Shown here: piece by piece, positions 12,142 through 20,292 of the stretch
Layout of the letters: each line of letters begins with the position of its first letter
Numbering within the stretch: the stretch's first letter is position 1
Source of the DNA: Candidatus Bathyarchaeota archaeon
GTDB lineage: Archaea > Thermoproteota > Bathyarchaeia > Bathyarchaeales > Bathycorpusculaceae
Reading direction: 5' to 3'
Assembly: GCA_963715865.1 (NCBI GenBank)
Contig: OY970280.1
Location: 352,001-416,000, forward strand
Length of the DNA stretch: 64,000 bases
Position numbers and translations under genes: made by a program
The notes under the pieces: model-generated
Database searches by the model: none
What the model saw: only the letters and a program-made list of their open reading frames with translations
Told to the model about the DNA's origin: nothing

Positions 12142-12167
12142 GGTGGTTCGAATCCCAGCGGGCCCGC
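12142..12167 (+). other. Degenerate tRNA 3' fragment (T arm plus acceptor strand), att-like
   Basis: GGTGGTTCGAATCCCAGCGGGCCCGC; no matching 5' half nearby. Confidence 0.6.
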
Positions 12168-12340
12168 TCCCAACGGACCGCATTTATAACGCTGCTTCTT
12201 GTCGGCAATTTTAATGAACTGGTGAGGGTGTCGCTAATCTTTATGGAAACGCTTAGACAACATGGTTTTTGGATTATTGACTTTTGGAGCTTGCCAAAAA
12301 GAATCGGAGAGAAATTCTAAAAATATTTTTTGCTGTCTAT

Positions 12341-13141
12341 TTAAAAGCCTGTATGATTTTCGTCGGTTCCTTTCTCGTGATAGATCTCTTTTATTATTGC
12401 TTCAATAGGCTTGCCCACACTTGCCGAGCCGCGCTCCTTTTCTAAATTTATGATCGACCACCCTTTCACTCGTGCCCATGGAGGCAGAGTCTTACCTATA
12501 ATTAAAACACCGTCATACAGAAATAACACGTCTCTTTTAATGTCCTCAGGAGCTATTATAATCCATTTAGAAGCTGCTCCTAGAATTATTCTCGCCAATC
12601 CATAGGAGAGGATATCAATATTCTGACTCCTGTAAATAATGAATAGTTTAAATCTGTCGGTTCTAGAATGTTCCAGCAATTTGCGAACAATATCCTCAGG
12701 AATTGTTTCGCGAACCATGTTGAGTTCTACATCTTTTTCAAAATCCATCGGTACCTCGAGAGGTGCTATTTCGCCAGTAGGCACACCATTTCTTTCCGTG
12801 AACTCTGCCATTAAATTGTCCACAGAACTTAACAGAAGCTTCTTCTGCAACAGTAAGTCCGTTGGTATTTCAACTATATGTGAAACAACACCGCTGCGCT
12901 TTAACTCATCTAAACCTTGAGCCTGAAAAACTCTCGCCAAATAAAGCCTATTTTTTCCAACAACCATAACCTTTTCAAGAAAGCCTCTCTGTACAACGGA
13001 TTGATCGAAAGGAATTAGGAAGTCTTTAAAAGCATTCTTAAACAAATCCACATCTGCTGCTTTGGTTTTTGCTCTCACAGAGTATCCCTTGTACGGCGCT
13101 GGAGCATAGATTATTTGTTCGACGGAGGCGAAATTCATCAA
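12341..13141 (-). CDS. Hypothetical GTPase-associated protein, GAP1-N-like N-terminus
   Basis: EQIIYAPAPYKGYSVRAKT and LDELKRSGVVSHIV resemble the QxIY...GF / DxxGRxGNxxxH pattern of GAP1-N2; 8 bp downstream of the GTPase. Confidence 0.55.
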   Translation of the reverse strand: MMNFASVEQIIYAPAPYKGYSVRAKTKAADVDLFKNAFKDFLIPFDQSVVQRGFLEKVMVVGKNRLYLARVFQAQGLDELKRSGVVSHIVEIPTDLLLQKKLLLSSVDNLMAEFTERNGVPTGEIAPLEVPMDFEKDVELNMVRETIPEDIVRKLLEHSRTDRFKLFIIYRSQNIDILSYGLARIILGAASKWIIIAPEDIKRDVLFLYDGVLIIGKTLPPWARVKGWSIINLEKERGSASVGKPIEAIIKEIYHEKGTDENHTGF

Positions 13142-13149
13142 GTTTGCAC

Positions 13150-14211
13150 CTAACCTATGCCAACAGCGTCGCTCTCGTCTTCTATTTTCTTTTTATCACT
13201 AATCTTGTTAGCAATTTTTCCGAAGTACTGTATGAAGCTCTTGTACTCTGTTTCCGAGTATATTAGTTCATTGGCTTGCCCCTTCTTAACAACTTTTGGA
13301 ACCAAAATGCCATCTTCATTAAGCTCTGTTAATGCATAGCTTATAAAAATTGGCGCATCTTGCATTTCTGTTCCAACCAGACTTGCGCCATATATTTGTG
13401 AAAGGGACGATCTAAAGAAAGTCTTTGCAAAATTATTGAAGAATTTCCACCTGAGGTGCCTATCATTACTTAGTTTATCAACCCATTGAATATATTCTTC
13501 CGGTACCGGTACTCCCACCCCTTTTTTTATAGATGGATCAATGGCATCAAATTTTGTTAATACAAACACAGGAAAGAGTTGCTTTTTTCCCTTATCATAT
13601 CTTGAGCGGTACTTACCGATATAAGAGATGAGCGAGGACATTAAGGTGTCATATTTCAACATTTCATCGTATCTTGGATCTTTTCGGTCGGCAGCAATTT
13701 TTTCCGAGTCTATCAAGAACACTATAACATCTGAATTGAGCGCGCTTAGCAGAGACGGTGCGACAGATTCAGATAAAGGCACACCACTACTCTTGGACTC
13801 TTCGAGATACCTACTCAACATTTCAACATCTTCGCCAGCAACGTCAAAAAGCTTAAAATTGACAGTGTTAAATAGCTCTCCGCGAGTAACAGTCCTTTCT
13901 CTGAGCTTTACAAGCTGCTTTTCAACCTCTTCCTTAGCGGCTAATAAGGTTCTTGTGAAAATATTACTATAGCCAAAGCTAAAATTGTATTCCAAAAGAG
14001 AACCCTTTATTGTTGCAGGCGGCCATAGCGACTTTTTTAAGCTCGTCAACATTTCCCCTGTGACAGTACAAGTAAGCGGATCCCTGTACACTCTGAAATA
14101 ATTTTTATTATTAACACTGTAATTTATTGCTGTATTAAGCAATAAAGCCACAAAAACACTTTTTCCGCTACTACGCCCCCCCACAATTGAAACAGGCATA
14201 TTATCCCTCAA
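13150..14211 (-). CDS. TRAFAC-clade P-loop GTPase (double-GTPase-like family)
   Basis: G1 GGRSSGKS, G2 WPPAT, G3 DVAGE, VFLID strand, G4 TKFD. Confidence 0.85.
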   Translation of the reverse strand: MRDNMPVSIVGGRSSGKSVFVALLLNTAINYSVNNKNYFRVYRDPLTCTVTGEMLTSLKKSLWPPATIKGSLLEYNFSFGYSNIFTRTLLAAKEEVEKQLVKLRERTVTRGELFNTVNFKLFDVAGEDVEMLSRYLEESKSSGVPLSESVAPSLLSALNSDVIVFLIDSEKIAADRKDPRYDEMLKYDTLMSSLISYIGKYRSRYDKGKKQLFPVFVLTKFDAIDPSIKKGVGVPVPEEYIQWVDKLSNDRHLRWKFFNNFAKTFFRSSLSQIYGASLVGTEMQDAPIFISYALTELNEDGILVPKVVKKGQANELIYSETEYKSFIQYFGKIANKISDKKKIEDESDAVGIG

Positions 14212-14328
14212 AATAAGATTATCATCTCATAAGGGAATTAATATATTTTTCTTATTTTGCCTTATTTCGGATAACACATTAAGCAAGCTAAATGAATACT
14301 GTCATCGCTTTGACTTTTTTGTCGCGCG

Positions 14329-16314
14329 TTATTTCAGGATGAAGGATATTCTGTCTGCTTTTTTAGTAACGGGATTCAACGTTATTTTCTTTTCTATTGC
14401 AACCTCGTTTTTGTAAGCATCAGCAAACTTGAATATACTGGTTACAACATTATCCACTCTAACTTTATCTGGAAGTATTCGTCCACACATGACACTTATT
14501 GTTTCGTCTAAATCAGTCAAGGCGGAATCTGAAGGTCTAACGGTAATTTCGCGTCCATCCTTCAGATTTCTAAGATACTCAGCAATCCTAATCAAGGATT
14601 TATCAGCTAAAATCGATGTAATTTTCTTGGCATTAGGCCCTTTTACAGAATAAAGGGCTATCAGCAAGTTCCTATAGCCTTCCTTTTCAGAATGATTTCC
14701 GTATGGCAGTTTAATTTTCACATTATCACTAAACGCTTCCTCTATTTGTTTTAACCAATCTTTTGGTGTGCCCATTTTTAGCAACTCCACATTTATCTCC
14801 TTAATTTGCAGCGCCTCAGAGGGCGTAGATTGAGTAGATGGTAGAGACGGTATTGACGGTATTTGTGCTTTTATTTTTTCTATTGCCCTTCGTGCCACTT
14901 GATTGATAGTCTTCCTTTCAGCGCGCGCGTGAATAGGAATACCTAACACTTTTTGTGTATTGGTTTTGTCTTCAATATCGTCAAATTCAATATTAAAGTC
15001 GGGCACTTCTAGAACTTCTTTTTCTGGCATTATAAGGGTTACAGCAAGCTCCTCTGTTTGACCACTCTTGAGTCTGGCTATTTTGCAATCGACAGCACCA
15101 GATTTTATGTACTTTGGGTCAAAGGGCAGAGTGAAAGTCAAGTTTTTTGCGTCACCTTCGCCCATGTTTGATATTTTTAGGATCAGAGTGAAAGGCTTTT
15201 TCATCTCGACATCTTTCGGATAGTCAAAGGCAACTTGTAAGTTGGGTTGAAGGGTTGTTATTTGTGCTTCAAAACTGGCGATTGGGGTGCTAAACGGTTT
15301 TCCAACAGAGTCTTGAAAGGTCACTTTCAGATCCTCGAAATGGAAAGTGCCGCTTTTTCTTGTTTTCAAAGCTATCTTGTGGTTGACGCTTCCATGAGAG
15401 GCTATGTTTCCGATCTTTGTCGCTATCTTCTCCATAACTTCAAATTCAGGATGGTTTTCGAGACCTTCAAGTTCCACATTTTTGGCAAGGCCAGCCCCTC
15501 TGTTAACAATATCCAAAGTTAATTCAAGAATGTCTTGGGAATACGCTTCATAAATACTCTTATTTTGTGAAACTATTAATTCAGGCGCTAATGGCTTCAC
15601 ACTAAGCGCGGCGCTGATGGGTTCCTTTCCAAAATAGATGCCCTCAACGGTTCCTCCTAATCCAACGACTACTACAAGATCGCCGTGGGCGCTGGCTTCA
15701 AATTCATATTTCTCCACGTATTTCCCTTTGAATAACTTTGAAGGCGTTTTTGGTGTCCCTTCAATCTCAAGTTCTGACGGCGCTTCAATGCTTATTTTGG
15801 GGTCATAAATTTCGCAAGGCGAATTTATCTCTATGTTTAATGTAGATTTTTCGCCGACCGTAATTGTTTCCGGTTCAAACCACGCTTTAACCGACGGCTG
15901 GTTTTCCCCTTCCTTTGTGTACCACCCTCGCACTTCTTCATTGATTATATTTCTTTCTGCCAACTCTTTAAGAAGCCAAAGCATATCGTTTGTGTCGACG
16001 CCGAAATGAGTTACCAAATCCATAAAGTAGACCGCCTTATACCCAGACGAGATAAAAGCGATGTCGTCTCTTGTAACGCCTATTAATTTGCCGTTGCCAA
16101 TGGCTTGCTTATTAACAAAATACTTGATGTTTGAGCTTTGAAGTTGAGATATGACAGGCTCTATTTCATTGTATATAGCTGATTCATCAAGGTTCATTGC
16201 CTTTGCTATATCGCTGATGTTTTTGATTATCGTAGCCGTCACGCCAAGTGCTATTATGTTTAATATGTATGGGCATAAATGCTTTTTCATAAAAATTTTC
16301 AGTTGACGAGCCAT
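14329..16314 (-). CDS. 661-aa protein: two N-terminal winged-helix-like units, about three Ig-like (CARDB/COG1361-type) repeats, Pro/Ser linker, unknown C-terminal domain
   Basis: ISDIAKAMNLDE and YFMDLVTHFGVD...LLKELAERNII wH-like; repeats LTLDIVNRGAGLAKNVEL / LILKISNMGEGDAKNLTF; no clear signal peptide. Confidence 0.6.
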   Translation of the reverse strand: MARQLKIFMKKHLCPYILNIIALGVTATIIKNISDIAKAMNLDESAIYNEIEPVISQLQSSNIKYFVNKQAIGNGKLIGVTRDDIAFISSGYKAVYFMDLVTHFGVDTNDMLWLLKELAERNIINEEVRGWYTKEGENQPSVKAWFEPETITVGEKSTLNIEINSPCEIYDPKISIEAPSELEIEGTPKTPSKLFKGKYVEKYEFEASAHGDLVVVVGLGGTVEGIYFGKEPISAALSVKPLAPELIVSQNKSIYEAYSQDILELTLDIVNRGAGLAKNVELEGLENHPEFEVMEKIATKIGNIASHGSVNHKIALKTRKSGTFHFEDLKVTFQDSVGKPFSTPIASFEAQITTLQPNLQVAFDYPKDVEMKKPFTLILKISNMGEGDAKNLTFTLPFDPKYIKSGAVDCKIARLKSGQTEELAVTLIMPEKEVLEVPDFNIEFDDIEDKTNTQKVLGIPIHARAERKTINQVARRAIEKIKAQIPSIPSLPSTQSTPSEALQIKEINVELLKMGTPKDWLKQIEEAFSDNVKIKLPYGNHSEKEGYRNLLIALYSVKGPNAKKITSILADKSLIRIAEYLRNLKDGREITVRPSDSALTDLDETISVMCGRILPDKVRVDNVVTSIFKFADAYKNEVAIEKKITLNPVTKKADRISFILK

Positions 16315-16336
16315 TGTTTTAGCGCGTGCGCGCTAG

Positions 16337-16518
16337 TTGTCTCGAGGGAGATGGACGGCTTTCACTTTTATGTTTGTAATCGGCTGGACTTTTCTGCTAG
16401 GCAGGTTCTTTTGGCGTACAAGGTGAGGCATCGTATAGACGAGTTTTATAGGGATGTTAAGCAGAATTTGGGGTTGGAGGCGTATCAGATGCGCGCCTAT
16501 GTGAAGTCCGCTATTTAG
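16337..16518 (+). mobile_element. Short DDE transposase remnant (IS4/IS701-like C-terminal part)
   Basis: YKVRHRIDEFYRDVKQNLGLEAYQMR matches the YxxRWxIExxxRDxKQxLGLxxYQ motif. Confidence 0.7.
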
Positions 16519-16586
16519 CCCGCGCGCGCTATGCGTACGCACGATAATTAAAAGTTTAAAAGTTAAAAAGTTTAGTTAAATACCTG

Positions 16587-18197
16587 TTGGGGCTGACTTT
16601 GAAAAAGACGATAGTCGTTGTAATTCTTGCAGCCTTAACTTTAGCTGCGTTTAGCATGTTGTGGGCACCGAGTGTGAGAGCGAATACTTCCGAAGCCAAG
16701 GTTCTCAGTTACAGTTGGCACGTTGCCCCCGCAGACACTGTTACAGCAGAGTATGTTGGTGATTTGGTTGCGGTCGGTGAGATACAAAATGTAGGTTTAA
16801 ATGTCATAGGGTACGTGGATGTTGACGGATTTGCTTACAATTCTAAGGGACAGCTTTTGGATTCGGCGACCGGTGTAGTATATGGAAACAGTTTGCTTCC
16901 TGGGCAGAAAGCTCCTTTCTACTTGGATTTTACTGCTCAGAGTAGCACTAGCCAAGACCTAAGCTGGGTCTCTTCAGTTAGTACTGTTACCGTTTCAGTT
17001 AGTTCCGTTGAGGATACTACTGCGACTCAGTATTCAGGTTTGACGATTCCAAATCCTGGAGGTAACACTTCTTACATCGACAGCAATGGCACCTACACTG
17101 TTTATGGAACACTGGTGAACAACGGCAGCCAAGCGGCTGTAGATCCTTGGGTTGTAGCAACATTTTATAACGCTGCCGGGACGGTTATAGGTTTGAATTA
17201 CACCAACTACTTAACTGACTCGCTTGCGCCTGGTGAGACGGTAAGGTTTTTTGCAACACCCACGGATAACACAGCTCAATTATCAAGTGAAATAGCAAGT
17301 TATTCTTTACTGATTCAGTCCGAGCCGCTAACGACTTCAACGTCGCCCACTCCAACTCCAACGTCAACGTCAATTCCAACGTCAACGCCTACGCCAACAC
17401 TTTCTCCAACTTCGACAGCTAAGCCTACGCCCACATTTTCACCTGCTCCAACTTCTACACCTGTGGTATCGTCGACTTTCTGGTCACAAAACCAGCTAAC
17501 GCTAATTTCAGTTGCAGTTGTAGTAGTGGTGGGAGCTCTCGTTCCCAGCGTTTATTATAGTCGCCTGAAACCTTCACGACACAACAAATGCAGTAAATTG
17601 GTCGCTAAGGGTGAGGATCTGGTTAAGAAAAATGATTTACCTCAAGCTGTAGAGTGCTTTGCGAGGGCAAGCATTGTAGGTTTCAAAACGAAATCTTATG
17701 ATGCTGCAGCAAACGCCTTAGAACGGTACACTGCAACAGCAAAAGCTTTAATCATTAAATCCTTTTTAGGCGGAGCCAAACCTGAAGCCTATGAACGCGT
17801 CAGCAAATTGCAAAGTGAAATCGCAAAGGTCACCTCAGATAAGAATATGCAAACCTCGATTGGCGGTTCTAACATTGAACAGGTTAGTTTACTTGAGGGT
17901 GTTAGGGGTCTTGATTTGCTCATTGCCAAGGCACGCGAAAATGACCTGGATTTTATGATTGATGAAGCTTTGAAGGCTCCTGAAGTAGAACACGCTTTTC
18001 TCGGAGCATTCAACGGTTCAGATGAGGTTGAGATAGTGGATTTAGCTGCAAAGTTAGGATACAGCGTAGAGGCAGCGTTCAGGCTTCTGTCAAAATGCAT
18101 TAATTTAAAGAAGATTGAAGGCTACCTCACAAGCGACAGCAAAAAGTTCATCTCAAAAGAATACGTGCAAAAACAACTATCAACCCATCTAAAATAG
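16587..18197 (+). CDS. Single-pass membrane protein: signal peptide, 2x FxLYD-type domains, Thr/Pro linker, TM, cytoplasmic helical repeats plus PCI-like winged helix
   Basis: N-terminal hydrophobic signal; ATFYNAAGTVIG...LAPGETVRF; PTPTPT linker; TM LISVAVVVVVGALV; C-terminal VEIVDLAAKLGYSVEAAFRLLSKCINLKKIEGYLTSDSKKFIS. Confidence 0.75.
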   Translation: MGLTLKKTIVVVILAALTLAAFSMLWAPSVRANTSEAKVLSYSWHVAPADTVTAEYVGDLVAVGEIQNVGLNVIGYVDVDGFAYNSKGQLLDSATGVVYGNSLLPGQKAPFYLDFTAQSSTSQDLSWVSSVSTVTVSVSSVEDTTATQYSGLTIPNPGGNTSYIDSNGTYTVYGTLVNNGSQAAVDPWVVATFYNAAGTVIGLNYTNYLTDSLAPGETVRFFATPTDNTAQLSSEIASYSLLIQSEPLTTSTSPTPTPTSTSIPTSTPTPTLSPTSTAKPTPTFSPAPTSTPVVSSTFWSQNQLTLISVAVVVVVGALVPSVYYSRLKPSRHNKCSKLVAKGEDLVKKNDLPQAVECFARASIVGFKTKSYDAAANALERYTATAKALIIKSFLGGAKPEAYERVSKLQSEIAKVTSDKNMQTSIGGSNIEQVSLLEGVRGLDLLIAKARENDLDFMIDEALKAPEVEHAFLGAFNGSDEVEIVDLAAKLGYSVEAAFRLLSKCINLKKIEGYLTSDSKKFISKEYVQKQLSTHLK

Positions 18198-18235
18198 CGC
18201 GAGACCGAGAAAAAGCTCTTAAAAAACCAATGACG

Positions 18236-19666
18236 CTAATATTTTAATAGCAACGCCTCAAGGTTTTTTCTCAGGCCATTTTTGGAAAGGTATTTTTCTC
18301 CGTCAAGTGTCATGTACCCATAGACATTTCCATGCTGTATGCTTCTTAGCAGGAACTTTTTTGTGACATCAAGGCTAAACCCGAGGCTATATGCCAAATC
18401 AGCTAAAGCTATTTCGTCTTTATCCTGAAGCAGAATTAAGAGCTTTTTCTCGGTCTCTATGCGCGCGTGCGTGCGTGATATAAGCAACCCAGCAATAATG
18501 GCGATAATCGCAATTACAACTACCATAACTACAATAATGCTTAGAGATGACGAATTTATGGGCAATGAGATGACGGATGGGGTTGAGGATGGGGTTGAGG
18601 TTACAATTAGGTTACCGGTCCCAGTGCTTGACAAATATTCTGTGCTTCCGGCGAACGAGGCGGTGATAACACATGTCTGGGGAGCGACATTGATGTTGTA
18701 TGATAATACTGCGTTCCCAGACGAGCCGGTAATCGCTGTCCCTATTGATGTTTGCCCGATGCTGAAGCTTATCTGCTCGTTTGCCACTGGATTTCCATTG
18801 TCATCTAAAAGCTGAGCCGTTATAATGGTTGACGCACCTTCGTTGGCAACCGAAGGATTTGTACTCACTGTTATTTTTGTTCCTAATTGCGTTACACTTA
18901 CTTGAGCACTGAAGTTTTCAGCATGGGAGGTTCCCTCAAAATCGTTATAGCTTATTTGAAAACTAACAGTTACTGTACCTGTGGATAATGTGTTGGGTGC
19001 CACAACTGAAAAGCTGGTTGATTCAGTTCCTTGACTTGAGATGTCTCCTAAATCTGTCGAAATAGGCGTTATTTGTAGACCGCTTGAATCCTGAATAGAA
19101 ATGGACGTTTTATACATTATGTCGTTTCCACCATTTTGGAAACTCACTGCCCAATTAGTACCAGCTATTTTTCCCGTTTCTACGGAAATCTGAGCGGGCT
19201 GCCAGTTAGCAACGAAGAGTTTCACTACTTGAATATTGAAAGTTTTAGAATCTTCAAGATAATATGTTCCTGAGCTGTCCCACCATAATTCCACTCTACA
19301 ACTTAGGGTAGTTGGACCAATTGGATTGAAAGTCCATTGTCGTCCATCCGCGGTCCCTTTTAGGTCGTAGTTCTCGTTTGAAGTATATGTCAAAGCATTA
19401 TTTTCGTAGAATTTAATGTATAAATCTGCTCCGAGAACACCGCAATTGCTGTTTTGATATGTTGCATGAATTGTAGTTAGTTGTCCGTCATAAACTTGAG
19501 CGGTTCCTCCATTCAAAAGATTGATTGTACCATTTCCATTGGTGACATCGATTGCATTAAAAGACGCATCGTAATATGGCTGCGCATGAACAGGTTGAAC
19601 TAAGACAAGAATGCTGCTTAGTGCAAATAACGAGATTGCGAGAAAAACGAGTAATCCTTTTTCCAT
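18236..19666 (-). CDS. Single-pass membrane protein: signal peptide, Ig-like domains (COG1361/Big type), TM, PCI-like winged helix
   Basis: TAQLLDDNGNPVANEQISF Big-like motif; TM IIVVMVVVIAIIAIIAGLLI; EIALADLAYSLGFSLDVTKKFL...GNVYGYMTLDGEKYLS. Confidence 0.75.
   Translation of the reverse strand: MEKGLLVFLAISLFALSSILVLVQPVHAQPYYDASFNAIDVTNGNGTINLLNGGTAQVYDGQLTTIHATYQNSNCGVLGADLYIKFYENNALTYTSNENYDLKGTADGRQWTFNPIGPTTLSCRVELWWDSSGTYYLEDSKTFNIQVVKLFVANWQPAQISVETGKIAGTNWAVSFQNGGNDIMYKTSISIQDSSGLQITPISTDLGDISSQGTESTSFSVVAPNTLSTGTVTVSFQISYNDFEGTSHAENFSAQVSVTQLGTKITVSTNPSVANEGASTIITAQLLDDNGNPVANEQISFSIGQTSIGTAITGSSGNAVLSYNINVAPQTCVITASFAGSTEYLSSTGTGNLIVTSTPSSTPSVISLPINSSSLSIIVVMVVVIAIIAIIAGLLISRTHARIETEKKLLILLQDKDEIALADLAYSLGFSLDVTKKFLLRSIQHGNVYGYMTLDGEKYLSKNGLRKNLEALLLKY
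18251..18454. repeat. 204-bp winged-helix coding segment, copy A (paralogous to 20321-20524)
   Basis: Hand ungapped alignment gives about 155/204 (76%) nt identity. Confidence 0.9.
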
Positions 19667-19881
19667 GGTTACCGCTGCATAGCCTATATTTGCTAGAACT
19701 TAACTTAAAACTTTTCACGCGCGCGAAAGTGTTCATTAATTCATTTTTGGCTTGATTTCGTAAATTGAGCCTTTTTCAAGCTTTTAATACGTGAACGCAG
19801 CTATGCTGTTTGCCGGTTCAGGCGCACGGGCAAGTTAAATAATTATTTAGAAGAGCCTGATCTCTTCATTTTGACCTTAAA

Positions 19882-20292
19882 ATGGAGAAATCAGGTTCTC
19901 CTACGCTTCTATTCGCGAACTTGGATTTAAAACCTCTTCAACCCATACTCTGGAAAGGTCTACACACCGAGGGAGCAGGGCGGCCAGTAGAATACGATCC
20001 AGCATGCGACCTGCGAGCATTGATGCTTCGTCAACTAGTGCAGATACCCTACGTTAAAGACCTGGTCAAGCGACTTAAACGAGAACAAAAACTGCGTTCT
20101 GCCTGCGGATACCACGACAAAGCCCCCACTGAAGCTCATTTCTCACAGATGAAGAAGCGCGTAGGCGTTGAAGGCTTTAAGCAAATAGAGAAGTGGCTAC
20201 GGCACGAAGCCTTAAGGCTCAAACACAATGATCGCGTAACTCTTGTTCAAAACAGCGACAATCCGTTAACCATCACTTTTAAAGAAAGGTAG
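19882..20292 (+). mobile_element. Truncated transposase, N-terminal part (IS5/IS1182-like, DUF772-type)
   Basis: GAGRPVEYDP...RALMLRQL...LRSACGY...PTEAHFSQMKKRVG; similarity appears to stop near 20225; no DDE core. Confidence 0.75.

Noticed and set aside
17329-17470. Tandem ACx/CCx repeats (also about 51226-51400)
   Set aside because: Simply encode Pro/Thr-rich stalks of surface proteins
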